From an uncultured cyanobacterium (GTDB taxonomy: Bacteria > Cyanobacteriota > Cyanobacteriia > Cyanobacteriales > Cyanobacteriaceae): a stretch of 64,000 bases of DNA. Where the stretch lies: NCBI GenBank assembly GCA_963749915.1, contig CAVVOP010000008.1, positions 160,001 to 224,000 on the forward strand, written 5' to 3'. The translations under genes were made by a program, and so were the position numbers. Positions 10,922 to 23,122 of the stretch are shown piece by piece (positions within the stretch are counted from its first letter, which is position 1; every line of letters begins with the position of its first letter). The notes under the pieces were generated by a model. The model was not told where the DNA came from. It saw nothing but the letters and a program-made list of their open reading frames with translations, and searched no databases.

Positions 10922-11365
10922 ATGGAAAATTTTGAGGAAATTAAAGCTAGATTAAGAAAAAAATGGTTGCAATATTATAAGCATAATCGTCAGTGGATTA
11001 ATAAATATTGTCGCGAGAATTGTTTTGTATCTGTGCAAGGATCTTTAGAGGGTGAAACATGGGGTACAGGAGAACGAAGTTTGGATGATAAACGCTTTTC
11101 GGAAGTGCATCCCCCTAGTGAATTAATTATCGGTGTGATTACTGCTTTAGAGCCTCTTTTAGCTCAATATTGGCTTACCGCCTTTGTAGATTTATATGCT
11201 AATAAAGAGAAGATTATTGTAGCTTTGGGCTTAAATTTTGATCCTGAATTAGAGTTTAAAAAAATTGAACAAAAAAACTGGGAAAATCAACAGTTAGTTA
11301 TTGAACCTGAAATTGTTTTAGATGATAATAATTCAATGGAAAAACGTTATCTATCCACACAATAA
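10922..11365 (+). CDS. DUF5331-like cyanobacterial hypothetical protein
   Basis: LRKKWLQYY..NRQWI..PPSELIIGVITALEP..LGLNFDP. Confidence 0.65.
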   Translation: MENFEEIKARLRKKWLQYYKHNRQWINKYCRENCFVSVQGSLEGETWGTGERSLDDKRFSEVHPPSELIIGVITALEPLLAQYWLTAFVDLYANKEKIIVALGLNFDPELEFKKIEQKNWENQQLVIEPEIVLDDNNSMEKRYLSTQ

Positions 11366-11399
11366 AATATATTTTTTATGACAAACACTTGAATTAACT

Positions 11400-12347
11400 G
11401 TGAAGAAAAATCAACCAGAATTATCCCTGTTAATACCTTGTTATAATGAAGGGGAAAATTTAGAGCAACTTTTTTTAAGTTTACAATCAGTATTAAAACC
11501 CCTTGAGTTAGATTACGAGATAGTTTGCATTAACGATGGTAGTAAAGATAATACCCTAGAACATCTCATTGACTATCATCGCCAAGATAACCGCATTAAA
11601 GTTATTAACTTGTCTCGTAACTTTGGGAAAGAAATTGCTATGAGTGCTGGATTGGATTATACCACAGGAAAAGCCGTTATCCCCATCGATGCCGATTTAC
11701 AGGATCCACCAGAATTAATAATCGACTTAATCGCAAAATGGCGAGAAGGTTATGATATGGTTTACGCTGTCAGACAATCTCGTCAGGGAGAATCATGGTT
11801 GAAGAAAAAAACTGCTGACTATTTTTATAGCTTTATCGGTAAAATTAGTACTATTCCTATTCCAGCCAATACGGGAGATTATCGTTTGCTAGATGAAAAA
11901 GTCGTCAAGGCTTTAAGACAATTGCCAGAAAAAAATCGCTTTATGAAAGGTTTATTTTCATGGGTGGGTTATCGGCAGGCGGCGATCTATTTTGAAAGAT
12001 TGCCACGATATGGGGGAGAAAGTAGTTTTAATTATTGGAAATTGTGGAATTTTGCCTTAGATGGTATAACCTCTTTTAGTTCAATTCCCCTTAAAGTTTG
12101 GAGTTATTGTGGTTTACTTATCTCTTTAATTTCCTTACTTTACGGCTTATTTTTACTCCTTAAAACTCTCATTTTTGGTGTTGACTTACCGGGTTATGCT
12201 TCTACCATTGTTGCTATTTTATTCTTAGGTGGCATTCAATTAATTACTTTAGGAGTTATTGGTGAATATATTGCCCGAATTTATGAAGAAGTTAAAGATA
12301 GACCACTATATCTTATCCGAGAAACTTACGGTTTTGAGGAGGGATAA
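11400..12347 (+). CDS. Glycosyltransferase family 2 (GtrB/ArnC-like)
   Basis: IPCYNE, NDGSKD, SRNFGKE, DADLQDPP, two C-terminal TMs. Confidence 0.92.
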   Translation: MKKNQPELSLLIPCYNEGENLEQLFLSLQSVLKPLELDYEIVCINDGSKDNTLEHLIDYHRQDNRIKVINLSRNFGKEIAMSAGLDYTTGKAVIPIDADLQDPPELIIDLIAKWREGYDMVYAVRQSRQGESWLKKKTADYFYSFIGKISTIPIPANTGDYRLLDEKVVKALRQLPEKNRFMKGLFSWVGYRQAAIYFERLPRYGGESSFNYWKLWNFALDGITSFSSIPLKVWSYCGLLISLISLLYGLFLLLKTLIFGVDLPGYASTIVAILFLGGIQLITLGVIGEYIARIYEEVKDRPLYLIRETYGFEEG

Positions 12348-12426
12348 GAAACTAACGTTACTCAATCATTGATTATTCCTCGGTAAAATAGAAATATAAC
12401 CAACTCATTGAAAATTAATCCGTCCC

Positions 12427-13173
12427 TTGATATTTTTACCATCTAAAACCATAAATACTACGCACCCTCTCTTTATCTACTTACCTGGCATGGACGGCAG
12501 TGGCAAACTTCTTAAAAGTCAAAGTCAGATTTGGCAGAATTTTGATGTGCGTTGCGTGGCGATTCCCCCTCATCATGGCATTGAATGGCTAGAATTAACC
12601 CAACAACTAGTTACTTTAATCCAGCAACAACTAAAAGTTAACGGTGGTCGGGAGATTTATTTATGTGGAGAGTCTTTTGGCGCTTGTTTAGCCATAAAAC
12701 TAATGGAAAAAATGCCCGATATATTTACAAAGGTAATTTTAATTAATTCTGCCTCGGCGTTTCGTGAACGTCCATGGTTACATTGGGGAACTTATGTGAC
12801 ACGAATGATGCCAGATTTTATTTATCGAGGTTCAACCCTATTATTATTGCCGTTTTTAGCGAAATTAGAAGCCTTGAATTTAAGAGAACGTCAACGACTA
12901 CTCAGGGTTATGGCATCATTACCTCCCACTACCGTATCATGGCGCATCAACTTATTAGAAAAATTTTTTCTCGATCAAAACAAGTTAAATAAATATAAAA
13001 AAGATGTTTTAATTGTCGCTTCTGCCGAAGATCAATTATTACCATCCGTGGAAGAAGCTAAGAGATTAAAGAGTCTTTTTACTCAGTCTCAAATAAGTAT
13101 TCTTCCTTATAGTGGTCATTGTTGTTTACTAGAAAAAGAGGTAGATTTACTCAAAATAATCAAAAAATATTAA
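12427..13173 (+). CDS. Alpha/beta hydrolase
   Basis: LPGMDG, GESFG nucleophile elbow, SGH catalytic His. Confidence 0.88.
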   Translation: MIFLPSKTINTTHPLFIYLPGMDGSGKLLKSQSQIWQNFDVRCVAIPPHHGIEWLELTQQLVTLIQQQLKVNGGREIYLCGESFGACLAIKLMEKMPDIFTKVILINSASAFRERPWLHWGTYVTRMMPDFIYRGSTLLLLPFLAKLEALNLRERQRLLRVMASLPPTTVSWRINLLEKFFLDQNKLNKYKKDVLIVASAEDQLLPSVEEAKRLKSLFTQSQISILPYSGHCCLLEKEVDLLKIIKKY

Positions 13174-13287
13174 AAAGTATTTTTTTGATTAAAGTCGTTC
13201 AAAGCCTTTAAAATATAGACGTTTGGCCAAATTTATTTTTAGTTGATTTATGATTTTTATCATTTATTTTGGAGAAAGAAGGGGCTT

Positions 13288-13305
13288 AATGTAAAGTTTT
13301 GTAAA
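13288..13305 (-). promoter_or_regulatory. HLR1-type (RpaB-binding) direct repeat
   Basis: Minus strand TTTACAAA-AC-TTTACATT matches (G/T)TTACA(T/A)(T/A)-N2-(G/T)TTACA(T/A)(T/A). Confidence 0.55.
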
Positions 13306-13349
13306 AATATCTTTCTTTTTCAAAAAAACATTGTTATCTTATATATATG

Positions 13350-13809
13350 GAAGCAAGTTAAAGGCTTCTTTCGATAGACCAAACAGCTGGTATAAACCGT
13401 AATGTAAAAAGTGAGGTGAAAAGGCTGAAAAAGATACGCAATATCTGTCTTTCGATGACCGAAACAGCAGTTAGTTTTCTGTTTCATATTTCCTAAACTT
13501 GTAAAAAGGGAGCAATGGGACTGGGCTTAATCAGAAAGATTATTTGACGTTCAGTACAACTCTATAAAGTCTCGGTTTAGGTAAGGAAAAAAAAGTGAAT
13601 TAATGGAGGTTAAATAAGCTGTTTACGGTGACTTTAGGTTACGTTTTCGTGAATATCAATGACAGTAGCCAGTGCCGAGTCTTGAATTTCCTAAGATATA
13701 GCGAAGCAGGGAGTAAGGGAACTGAGTTCAAAGGGTTTAGTGCAACTCCGAGCATTCTCAACTAGGGTAGGAAATAATAAAGCGGGTCAACGTCGGGCTA
13801 CTGTTATTG
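13350..13809 (+). ncRNA. Candidate structured non-coding RNA(s); boundaries approximate
   Basis: ORF-free block; repeated tctttcgat(a)gacc(g)aaacagc at 13367 and 13448; rod hairpin 13657-13809 closed by caatgacagtagcc/ggctactgttattg (G-U pair favours + strand). Confidence 0.45.
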
Positions 13810-13856
13810 TTATGATCAGATATAATTTGTACGTTCTCTTCAATATTTACAAATAA

Positions 13857-14069
13857 ATGATCAAAGTAACAGGTATAGTAAAACATCAAAATATCGGTGT
13901 TGGTACATGGACACTAATCGATGATGCTGGAGAAACTTATGAGTTATATAATCCTCCTGAAAGTATCCGTCAAGATGGTTTAAAAGTCTCAGTAGAGGGT
14001 AGGATCAGAGAAGATATAATGACGATCGCCATGGTGGGGAAAATACTGGAAATTATGTCTTTGTGTTAA
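13857..14069 (+). CDS. Small conserved hypothetical protein
   Basis: 70 aa, beta-rich pattern GTWTLIDDAGETYEL..MTIAMVGKILEI. Confidence 0.7.
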   Translation: MIKVTGIVKHQNIGVGTWTLIDDAGETYELYNPPESIRQDGLKVSVEGRIREDIMTIAMVGKILEIMSLC

Positions 14070-14101
14070 TTGTTAATTGTTAGTTGTTAATTGGTAATAG
14101 T

Positions 14102-15067
14102 TTAACTGCTTTTCCAGATTTGCTCCAAAATTTTATCAGCGGGTATATCGGCAATTTGATCACTTAAGGATTGAATACCAATAAAGCGATCGCTATGGGG
14201 AGGTAACAATTTTTTCGGTTGAGTAGGTCCAAAAAGGGCGATAGTATAAGTACCTACGGCCACGGCTAACTGCATGGGCGCACTATCGGTACATAACATT
14301 AAATTTGCCCCGGCAATAACTGCGGCTAATTTACCCATATCTGGAGGACTAATTACTTTCACCGTTGGGCATAAGTCCAATACTTGCGTTGTCCATTCTA
14401 AGTCATCAGGACCGCATAGTAAGACAATAGGTAATTCAGGTTGTTTCTTTTGAACATCTTCAATAATTCTCTGCCATTTAGGGACGGGATATATTTTGTT
14501 AATGCCCTGAGTCACCGTCAAAGGACTTGCACCGCCATGAATTAGGATATAACCAGTGGTTTTGATGTTGATCCGTTTTTGTTCCGATTCTGCCCAGTCA
14601 ATGTCTTCTTTAGGTACATTTATGGTTAAATCTGGACAGGGTGAATGAATATTTAAACCTTTGAGTAGGTCATGATACATCCAAGGGATGTATTGTTCTG
14701 TTTTTTGGGGAACTGGATGATTAATAAACCATGAACTATTGGTTTTGTAGCCGATGCGAGTAGGAATACCATTAAGCCACAACAAGAAAGCTACCGCCCA
14801 ATTTTTTTCAAGGGTGATGGCTAATTCGTACTCTCTGTCTCTAATAATACCGAGTAAGTTAAGATAATCTGCTAAACCGTTATTATCTTGAAAGTCAAAC
14901 ACCAGTACTTCGTGAACATATTTACAGACTCTATAGGTATTTTTCGAGCGTGGTTCGACGACAACATCAATAATCGCTTCTGGATATTGATCTTTAAGGG
15001 TTTTAAGAGTGGGAAAGAATAAAATTTGATCGCTGATGCCACCGGGGATAAGAGCTAACATTCGCAT
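14102..15067 (-). CDS. Glycosyltransferase family 9 (heptosyltransferase-like)
   Basis: PGGISDQILFFP, IHGGAS, TDSAPMQLAVAVG..ALFGPT. Confidence 0.9.
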   Translation of the reverse strand: MRMLALIPGGISDQILFFPTLKTLKDQYPEAIIDVVVEPRSKNTYRVCKYVHEVLVFDFQDNNGLADYLNLLGIIRDREYELAITLEKNWAVAFLLWLNGIPTRIGYKTNSSWFINHPVPQKTEQYIPWMYHDLLKGLNIHSPCPDLTINVPKEDIDWAESEQKRINIKTTGYILIHGGASPLTVTQGINKIYPVPKWQRIIEDVQKKQPELPIVLLCGPDDLEWTTQVLDLCPTVKVISPPDMGKLAAVIAGANLMLCTDSAPMQLAVAVGTYTIALFGPTQPKKLLPPHSDRFIGIQSLSDQIADIPADKILEQIWKSS

Positions 15068-15220
15068 GGTAATAACTGTATTTAATTACTTCTATAAGCT
15101 TAATTTTAAGGGATTAATTGGCTATCACACCGTTTTTGTAAAGAAAGATTGTTTAGGGTTGTTAATTTTCCCCCAGCCCAAAAAATGAGGAATCGGAAAA
15201 AAGTCTTCATAGTTGGGAAT

Positions 15221-16003
15221 TTAGGGGCATATAAGTTTAATATCTAAATCTTGATAAAATTCTTCTTGATATAATTCAACCTTAGATTGAGATGATAGTA
15301 ATAATAATGCCCAAAATATTCCCACTCTATCCTCAGACTTTTCTTGTTGATAATCTCGCCAATGATTAACTAATTCATCTAATTGAATATTGTCATGATG
15401 ATCCTCTCTAAGTAAATTTGCCGTTAAAAATTCATTGATTTGTTGGGCCAATTCCGTTAAATTTTCATTATGGGCTAATTCGGTGATACTTTTTAAGGCT
15501 TGTTTACGGGTATAACCTTTTTTCGTCTTATTCAACGGTAAGCTATGGGCGATTTTTTTATCTTCTAATTCACTCTCCATCCCCTGTAATTGGGTGATTA
15601 ATTCCGCTAATGTCACTTTTCTCGTTTTTAGCGGTGGCGCACAAGTACGTCTTTTAATATGTTTATCTAAATCACTATTTCTAAAATTGCGCCTAATGGC
15701 TTCTAATTGCGATTCTTCCGCAAAATTCTCCAAGTTTTCCCTGTCCTCCCCTTTTTGACTCAAGTTTTCGAGAGTTTCCGCCTTAAATAACACCAACATG
15801 GAGGCCCATAACATCACCTGCCCTGATTGAGATAAATCTGTAGTTGGTAAATCAAGGTTATGACGGTCATTTATACCTAATTCCACTAAAAAACGATCGA
15901 TAATTTCGATTACCTGCACATCCCAGGGATTTATCTCGCCTTTTTGTGCTAATTCTATTAATAACTCAATGGCTTGACTTGCCGGACTGTTATTTGCAAT
16001 CAT
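15221..16003 (-). CDS. scpA: Segregation/condensation protein A
   Basis: GEINPWDVQVI, C-terminal FWALLLL..KVELYQEEFY. Confidence 0.9.
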   Translation of the reverse strand: MIANNSPASQAIELLIELAQKGEINPWDVQVIEIIDRFLVELGINDRHNLDLPTTDLSQSGQVMLWASMLVLFKAETLENLSQKGEDRENLENFAEESQLEAIRRNFRNSDLDKHIKRRTCAPPLKTRKVTLAELITQLQGMESELEDKKIAHSLPLNKTKKGYTRKQALKSITELAHNENLTELAQQINEFLTANLLREDHHDNIQLDELVNHWRDYQQEKSEDRVGIFWALLLLSSQSKVELYQEEFYQDLDIKLICP

Positions 16004-16065
16004 TTTTATCTTATTTGTATTGCCTTCATTCCCCTAGTGAGAAAGTGCGTAAATGAAACAGGGGT

Positions 16066-17130
16066 TTAAAATAAAGACTTGTCCAACCGCTTCCTATTGT
16101 GACATAAAGCGATGGCCAATTCAATAGAAGCAATCATACTGTTAGGGTTAGCAATGCCTTGTCCCGCAATGTCAAAGGCAGTACCATGATCAGGGGAAGT
16201 GCGAATAAAAGGTAAGCCGAGGGTGGTATTTATTGCTTGTTCAAAAGCCATAGATTTCACAGGTATTAAACCTTGATCATGGTATAGGGCAAAAAAAGCA
16301 TCAGCAGTCACAATGTTGGAGTCATGGTACCATGCTTGAGCCGGTTTTACCCATAAAGTGTCAGGAGGAGTTAACCCCGTTAATTTGCATTGAGGGTAGC
16401 GTTTCCTTGCATTTTCTAGCCAGTCATTTAACCATTCTTTTTCCTCTGTACCTAGTTTGCCATCTTCACCACTATGGGGATTTAATCCGGCGATGGCAAT
16501 GTGAGGATGAGTTAAGTTAAAATCTCGTTTAAGGGTATGAATTAATAAATCTAGTTTTAAATCCATTAAAGAAGGGTTAAGGGTATCAGCAACAGCCTTT
16601 AAGGGGATATGGGTAGTGGCTAAAAGGGTGCGTAATGTCCAACCCGTATAAGGAGACTTTCCGACAAACATCATGGCAAATTTGGTGACTCCGCATTTTT
16701 GTGCCAACACTTCTGTTTGTCCTGGGTAATTATAACCTGCTTTTTGCCATAAAGATTTCGCAATGGGTGCGGTGACGATACCATCAAATTTACCCTCTAA
16801 AGTCAACTCGATCGCCTTTTCTAAATATAAAAAACTAGCTTTTCCTGTGTCAGTGTTACCCTGACCCCGAGTAAAATCGAAGGGGCTATTTATACCAATA
16901 ACACTTAATTTGTCAGGATGTGCTAGATTAATATTAGTTTTGTTCTTGAAATGATTATAGGTCTTTTCTAAACAAGATGGAGAGCCAATGATAGTTATGT
17001 TTGCTTGAGTGGAAATAAGAGGATTTGATAAAGCCTTAAGTATAATTTCCGAGCCGATACTAGCCGGATCACCTAAAGTAATAGCTAGGTTAATTTTATG
17101 AGGATTATAGGGAGTCATTAATCTAGTCAA
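16066..17130 (-). CDS. pdxA: 4-hydroxythreonine-4-phosphate dehydrogenase
   Basis: [37 protein letters not shown]. Confidence 0.95.
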   Translation of the reverse strand: MTRLMTPYNPHKINLAITLGDPASIGSEIILKALSNPLISTQANITIIGSPSCLEKTYNHFKNKTNINLAHPDKLSVIGINSPFDFTRGQGNTDTGKASFLYLEKAIELTLEGKFDGIVTAPIAKSLWQKAGYNYPGQTEVLAQKCGVTKFAMMFVGKSPYTGWTLRTLLATTHIPLKAVADTLNPSLMDLKLDLLIHTLKRDFNLTHPHIAIAGLNPHSGEDGKLGTEEKEWLNDWLENARKRYPQCKLTGLTPPDTLWVKPAQAWYHDSNIVTADAFFALYHDQGLIPVKSMAFEQAINTTLGLPFIRTSPDHGTAFDIAGQGIANPNSMIASIELAIALCHNRKRLDKSLF

Positions 17131-17225
17131 TATTTATTGGATTGTTGATAGTGGTTTAACACGATTAAGCCTTGATAAAAATTAATGATTACTAATTATT
17201 TATTGTAGTTCAGTTTAGATATTTT

Positions 17226-17813
17226 GTGATTATAGAAAATCTGTCAATAATTCAAATTTTAGCGATACTCTCGGCATCCGCCGCTGGGGGTATGAGAATA
17301 GGCTTACCCTTATTGATTATTGGCATAGTGCGTCTGGATCAATTATGGAGTAATATTCCCTTTTTGTCCTCTTTAAATCCCCAACTTATTGTCGGTGTCC
17401 TCACCAGTTGGTCACTTTTTGAATTATTCGGCACAAAAAAACTCATCGGTTTACGCATTGTACAAATTATACAGTTAATATTTAGTCCCTTAGTAGGGGG
17501 ATTAATGGCCATAGCAGTAGCAAGTTTAATTGATGTGCAAATTACTCCTTTCTGGTTACTAGGTTTAATCGGCGGATTGTTCGCATTAGTTTTGAAATTA
17601 GTGCAAGTGGGATGGTTTTTTCGTTTAGGTAAAATTCCCATTGCTTTCATTTTTTTTGAAGATTTTTTATCCGCAGCCCTAGTTATTTTTGCCCTTGAAG
17701 CTCCAGAAAATGGCGGTTTAATTGCTATGATTTTATTATGGATTGCTTTGCGTAGTTCCGCAGAATGGAAGCGTAGGTTTAAAACAGCAGATCAAAAGAA
17801 AGTTGACGGATGA
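17226..17813 (+). CDS. DUF4126-like membrane protein
   Basis: SASAAGGMRIGLPLL, multiple TMs, FFED motif. Confidence 0.7.
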   Translation: MIIENLSIIQILAILSASAAGGMRIGLPLLIIGIVRLDQLWSNIPFLSSLNPQLIVGVLTSWSLFELFGTKKLIGLRIVQIIQLIFSPLVGGLMAIAVASLIDVQITPFWLLGLIGGLFALVLKLVQVGWFFRLGKIPIAFIFFEDFLSAALVIFALEAPENGGLIAMILLWIALRSSAEWKRRFKTADQKKVDG

Positions 17814-18110
17814 AAGTCGAATTTACATTGTACATCTATCAGTGTGTCCATTAATCGTGTCTTTAAGGATCAAGATGAAGATAAATCATTGGGCGATCGC
17901 TTTGTTATTATTTTCTCCAAATTATTATCTCACAAAATACAAATGTAATTAAAGTCCAATTTTAATTCGGTTAGAGTATAATACAACATAAGCCACTCTA
18001 GCTCTTTTTGTTCATTTAAGCTTGATGTGCTAGTGTTTCTACCCTCCATTCTAGGTGATCGCAGGCCTATGTGTAGCCCCAAATTTGAATGAATTTATAT
18101 ATTTGAACAA

Positions 18111-20531
18111 ATGTCCATCAAAAATAGAATTATCTTTGGTTATATTTTAGTATTATGTATCGGTCTAGCGGGAGTTATAATAGGACTAGTTTTTAGTGAT
18201 TACTATCAACAAAAAGCATCGGAAACAAGAAAGTATGCTTCTCATGAACTGCAATTGTTAAGTGAACTACAAATTGCTGTGTTGTATAATCGACCAGCCC
18301 AACAGTTATCTCCATACTTACAACAACCTGGAAATTTCCAGCGAGAAGGGAATCAATTGATTGAGAGATTAGAACAAATACAGGCTCTAATATCTGAACA
18401 ATTAACTATTCACGACATTAATCAACATAAAAATGGGATGTCAGACGAATTAGAAATTTTGTTGCAGAAATATAATATTGTTGTGGCTGATTTTACTCAA
18501 TTTACTCAAAAATTCTTAAATGAGGTTGAACCTCTTACGGCATCACCCAATCAAGCTGGAGAAGCATATGGATTATTGATGCAGTTCGTCCATAGTGAGA
18601 AATTTATCAAATTTATTGAATTTCCGGATCAAATCAGGAAACACTATCAGAAGTTACTTGAGCACCAAGAGGAAGCCGAAATTGCAGAAAAAAATGCCGA
18701 AACTATAGCTAATCGAACCATTCTCTTAAGTGTGATTTTATCCATTGCAACGGGGATGATTTTGGCTGAATATACTAGCCGAGGGATCGCCAATCCCATT
18801 CGAGATTTAACAAGTATAGCCCGCAAAGTTACCAGAGAATCCAATTTTGACTTACGTGCTACTGTTACCAGTGACGACGAAGTAGGAAGTTTAGCAACTT
18901 CTTTTAACCAACTAATTCACAGCATAAACCAACTGCTACAGGAAAAGAATAAATATACTGAGGAACTTGAGCAATCCAAGGAATTAGCTGAAGAAGCCAA
19001 TCAATCTAAAAGTAATTTCCTTGCCAATATGAGCCATGAATTGCGAACTCCCCTTAATACTATTATTGGCTATAGTGAACTATTACTCGAAGAAGCCGAA
19101 GACATGGGTGAAAAAAAACTTGTGGAGGATCTTAGTAAAATTCGCGGTGCAGGAAAACATTTATTGGGACTAATTAACGATATTTTGGACATTTCTAAAA
19201 TCGAAGCAGGGCGCATGGAATTATATTTAGAAGATTTTCAGATTACACCCTTGATTGACGATATAGTTGATGCAATCAAACCGTTAATTGAGCAACAAAA
19301 TAATCATTTAGTCATTGACAGTGCAGATAATCTTGACTCGATGCACGCAGACATCACTAAAGTCCGTCAAATCTTATTTAATCTTCTCACTAATGCCAAT
19401 AAATTCACCAAACAAGGAACGATTGAACTTAATTGGCAATCCTATCAACAGCAAAACCAACAAGATTGGCTGAAAATTGAAGTAAAAGATACAGGCATTG
19501 GCATGACTCCAGCACAACTGACTAAACTTTTTCAGGCTTTTACCCAGGCAGATGTATCCACAACTCGCAAATATGGTGGAACTGGTTTAGGATTAGCCAT
19601 CACCAAAACATTCTGTGGGATGATGGGCGGAAATATTTCCGTAGAAAGTGAATTAGGTGTGGGTTCTACCTTCACAGTCAGATTGCCAGTTCATGTAGTG
19701 GAATCTCAACAACAAGATTCGGTCACGAAAAAACTGGTTAAGCAAACAGATGAACTCCCCTCTTTAGAATCTTCGGTGACATCAGAAAATACTGTACTGT
19801 TAATTGACGATGATCCCCTTACCCATGAATTGATTGAGGGATTTCTAGTCAAAGAAGGATTCAAAGTGATTGCCACAACCGACCCAGAAAAGGGGGTGAA
19901 AATAGCCAAAAAGACACGGCCCAATGTGATTATTTTAGATATAATTATGCCCAAAATGGACGGATGGACTGTATTGAAATATCTTCAGACTGATTTAGAT
20001 TTAGCATCAATTCCGGTAATTATGACAACTTTTCTCCCGGAGCAAAATTTAGGTTATGCTTTAGGTGCGACTGATTATTTAACCAAACCGATTCAGATAA
20101 AACAATTAAAAGCAATTTTGCAAAAGTATCGATTTGAGCGAACTAATCCTCTAGCCATGATAGTTGATGATGATTTCCTTAACCGAGAACTATTACGTGA
20201 TATTTTGGCAAAAGAAGAAGTAGAAATAATCGAAGCGGAAAATGGAGCTAAAGCTCTAGAAATAATTAAATTAAGAAAACCTGACTTACTACTGTTAGAT
20301 TTGATGATGCCAGAAATGGATGGTTTTGAGGTTATTAAAAGACTCGAACAGAATCCGCAATGGCAAAATATTCCCATTATTATTATTACGGCTAAAGATC
20401 TAACCTTGGAAGAGAGAAAGCTTTTAAATGCTCGTGTAGAGATAATTTTGCACAAGGGGGCTTATAAAAAGCAGGCTTTATTGCAACAAATTCATTCCCT
20501 TTTAGAAGTGGCAATTTCTCGTCAAAGTTAA
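18111..20531 (+). CDS. Membrane hybrid histidine kinase (periplasmic helical sensor-HAMP-HisKA-HATPase-REC-REC)
   Basis: [11 protein letters not shown]-box, [22 protein letters not shown], two receiver domains (DIIMP, DLMMP). Confidence 0.95.
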   Translation: MSIKNRIIFGYILVLCIGLAGVIIGLVFSDYYQQKASETRKYASHELQLLSELQIAVLYNRPAQQLSPYLQQPGNFQREGNQLIERLEQIQALISEQLTIHDINQHKNGMSDELEILLQKYNIVVADFTQFTQKFLNEVEPLTASPNQAGEAYGLLMQFVHSEKFIKFIEFPDQIRKHYQKLLEHQEEAEIAEKNAETIANRTILLSVILSIATGMILAEYTSRGIANPIRDLTSIARKVTRESNFDLRATVTSDDEVGSLATSFNQLIHSINQLLQEKNKYTEELEQSKELAEEANQSKSNFLANMSHELRTPLNTIIGYSELLLEEAEDMGEKKLVEDLSKIRGAGKHLLGLINDILDISKIEAGRMELYLEDFQITPLIDDIVDAIKPLIEQQNNHLVIDSADNLDSMHADITKVRQILFNLLTNANKFTKQGTIELNWQSYQQQNQQDWLKIEVKDTGIGMTPAQLTKLFQAFTQADVSTTRKYGGTGLGLAITKTFCGMMGGNISVESELGVGSTFTVRLPVHVVESQQQDSVTKKLVKQTDELPSLESSVTSENTVLLIDDDPLTHELIEGFLVKEGFKVIATTDPEKGVKIAKKTRPNVIILDIIMPKMDGWTVLKYLQTDLDLASIPVIMTTFLPEQNLGYALGATDYLTKPIQIKQLKAILQKYRFERTNPLAMIVDDDFLNRELLRDILAKEEVEIIEAENGAKALEIIKLRKPDLLLLDLMMPEMDGFEVIKRLEQNPQWQNIPIIIITAKDLTLEERKLLNARVEIILHKGAYKKQALLQQIHSLLEVAISRQS

Positions 20532-20558
20532 TCTAATCAATCCAAGTATCAGTAAAAT

Positions 20559-23093
20559 ATGAAGATCAAAAGCTATTGGCATAGTCTCAATCTTAGTCAT
20601 AAATTATCGGTATTTTTAATTACAGCGATTGCCTTATCTGTAATTGTTATTACCCAAGGAATTGTATCTATTGCCCAAAAACAAGAAAAAAACTTGATAC
20701 AATCGAAGATTAACATTGAATTAAAGATACTGCAAGAAGAAATAAAGGTCCAGCAAGAAATTATTGCCCAGGAATCAGTCCAGTTAGCAATGTTAATCCA
20801 AGCCCAAGGCATTAATCCTAATGATCTAGGTCAACATCCCTCAGTTAAGCGTTTATTCAACCAGTTTACCGAAGTAAGTTCAGAACAAAATTTTTGCCTG
20901 ATTACCAATAGTCAAGGACAAACCATCGCCCAAAAAATACCCATAATTGACGAAGATTTTACTCGGTACCCTGTTTTGCCAGAAAAAGATACTATTAAAC
21001 AGCAGCGTTTCCGTCCAGTTGTCTTACCACTAGGCATTAATCTTCAAGATCTTCCTATTGTCAATGGAGTTCTTCTTTCTGGACAATCTTTGGTGGGTGT
21101 CGAATTGCTTGAGAGCAAATATATGAAACGTTTAGGTTTAGCACCACAAGCCAACATTGGTATTCGTCCCCAGAAAATTAACAACTTGCCCACGTCGAAA
21201 CAACCTTTTCCCAAAGAAACCTACTATATAGATAATGGTAAAGCTGGATTAGTAATGATGAGTGTATCACCAATCAAATTTAAAGGTGAAGTCGTCGGCA
21301 CAACGATTATTGGGAGTCTAATTAATCGTAATTACCAAATTGTGGATCAAGTTAGGCAATTTACGGGAATTAGCACTGCCTCAATTTTTGCTAAAGATTG
21401 GCAAGTTTCTACTAATGTGCCCTACGAGGAACAAGATAACACTACGCGAGCTGTTGGCACTAAAGTTTCTCGTGAAGTAGCAGATTTTGTCTTAAATCGT
21501 CAGCTAGTATTTTTAGGGCAAGCTAATATTATTGGCAAGGAATATTTAACCGGATATAGTCCCATTTATGATCATCTCCAACAATTAAATTCTGATCAAG
21601 CTAAACCCGTAGGAATTGTTTATGTGGGAGAACCTTTATCTGTAGTAAACAAGAAATTAAGAGGTTTTGCTTTAGTCGGTTATAGCATTGGTGTTGGTAC
21701 TCTTTTGCTAGCAATTTTAATTATTGTACCTCTAACTCATCACTGGTTTATAGAACCAATTACCCATCTGGAAAATACCAATAAAAATCTTGAATTGGAA
21801 CTAAAGAAAAAAATTGACGAGTTATCTGATGCCTTAAAAACATCTGCTCAGGCCCAAAAAATGGCCGAAGAAGCCAATCAAGCCAAAAGTAATTTTCTCG
21901 CGAGAATGAGTCATGAATTGCGAACTCCTCTTAATCCCATTATTGGCTATAGTGAGCTATTACTCGAAGAAGCCGAAGACCTCGGTGACGAAGGATTTGC
22001 CCAAGATCTCAGTAAAATTAAGGGTGCGGGAAAACATTTATTAGGACTAATTAACGATATTTTAGATATTTCTAAAATGGAAGAAGGACGCATGGAATTA
22101 TCTTTAGAAGATTTCCAGATTACACCTTTGATTGACGATATAGTTAATAACATCAAACCGTTAATTGAGCAAAGAAATAATCATTTAGTCATTGACAGGG
22201 CAGACAATCTTCAATCGATGCACGCAGACATCAGTAAAGTCCGTCAAATCTTAGTTAATCTCCTCACTAATGCCAATAAATTCACCGAACAAGGAACGAT
22301 TGAACTTAATTTGCAATCCTATCAACAGCAAAATCAACAAGATTGGCTGAAAATTGAAGTAAAAGATACAGGCATTGGCATGACTCCAGGACAACTGACT
22401 AAACTTTTTCAGCCTTTTACCCAGGCAGATATATCCACCACTCGCAAATATGATGGAACTGGTTTAGGATTAGCCATCACCAAAACATTCTGTGAGATGA
22501 TGGGCGGAAATATTTCCGTAGAAAGTCAATTGGGTGTGGGTTCCACCTTCACAGTCAGATTACCAGTTCAAGTGGTGGAACCTCAACAACAAGATTCGGC
22601 CATGGAAAAACTGGTTAAGCAAACAGAGGAAACTCTCTCTTTAGAATCTTCGGTGGCATCAGAAAATACTGTACTGTTAATTGATGATGATCCCCCTACT
22701 CATGAGTTGATTGAGGGATTTCTAGTCAAAGAAGGATTTAAAGTGATTGCGACAACGGACCCAGAAGCAGGGGTGAAAATGGCAAAAAAGATACGCCCCA
22801 ACGTGATTATTTTAGATATAATTATGTCCAAAATGGACGGACAGACTGTATTGAAAGATCTTCAAGCTGATTCAGATTTAGCATCAATTCCGGTAATTAT
22901 GGCAACTTTTCCCCCAGAGCAAAATTTAGGTTATGCTTTAGGTGTGACCGATTATTTAACCAAACCAATTCAGACAGAACAATTAAAAGCCATTTTACAA
23001 AAGTATCGATTTGAGCGAACTAATCCTCTAGCCATGATAGTTGATGATATAGCCATGATAGTTGATGATGATTCTCTTAACCGAGAACTATAA
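20559..23093 (+). CDS. Membrane hybrid histidine kinase (Cache-type sensor-HisKA-HATPase-REC), second REC truncated
   Basis: Cache-like [28 protein letters not shown]; kinase core nearly identical to upstream paralog; stops at the start of the second REC. Confidence 0.9.
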   Translation: MKIKSYWHSLNLSHKLSVFLITAIALSVIVITQGIVSIAQKQEKNLIQSKINIELKILQEEIKVQQEIIAQESVQLAMLIQAQGINPNDLGQHPSVKRLFNQFTEVSSEQNFCLITNSQGQTIAQKIPIIDEDFTRYPVLPEKDTIKQQRFRPVVLPLGINLQDLPIVNGVLLSGQSLVGVELLESKYMKRLGLAPQANIGIRPQKINNLPTSKQPFPKETYYIDNGKAGLVMMSVSPIKFKGEVVGTTIIGSLINRNYQIVDQVRQFTGISTASIFAKDWQVSTNVPYEEQDNTTRAVGTKVSREVADFVLNRQLVFLGQANIIGKEYLTGYSPIYDHLQQLNSDQAKPVGIVYVGEPLSVVNKKLRGFALVGYSIGVGTLLLAILIIVPLTHHWFIEPITHLENTNKNLELELKKKIDELSDALKTSAQAQKMAEEANQAKSNFLARMSHELRTPLNPIIGYSELLLEEAEDLGDEGFAQDLSKIKGAGKHLLGLINDILDISKMEEGRMELSLEDFQITPLIDDIVNNIKPLIEQRNNHLVIDRADNLQSMHADISKVRQILVNLLTNANKFTEQGTIELNLQSYQQQNQQDWLKIEVKDTGIGMTPGQLTKLFQPFTQADISTTRKYDGTGLGLAITKTFCEMMGGNISVESQLGVGSTFTVRLPVQVVEPQQQDSAMEKLVKQTEETLSLESSVASENTVLLIDDDPPTHELIEGFLVKEGFKVIATTDPEAGVKMAKKIRPNVIILDIIMSKMDGQTVLKDLQADSDLASIPVIMATFPPEQNLGYALGVTDYLTKPIQTEQLKAILQKYRFERTNPLAMIVDDIAMIVDDDSLNREL

Positions 23094-23122
23094 GGTAAAA
23101 TCGAATCACAACAGTCGAGGTT

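Noticed and set aside
13657..13809. Firm call as 6S RNA, SRP RNA or tRNA
   Set aside because: Rod shape is suggestive, but no diagnostic sequence motif could be confirmed by eye; kept only as a candidate ncRNA
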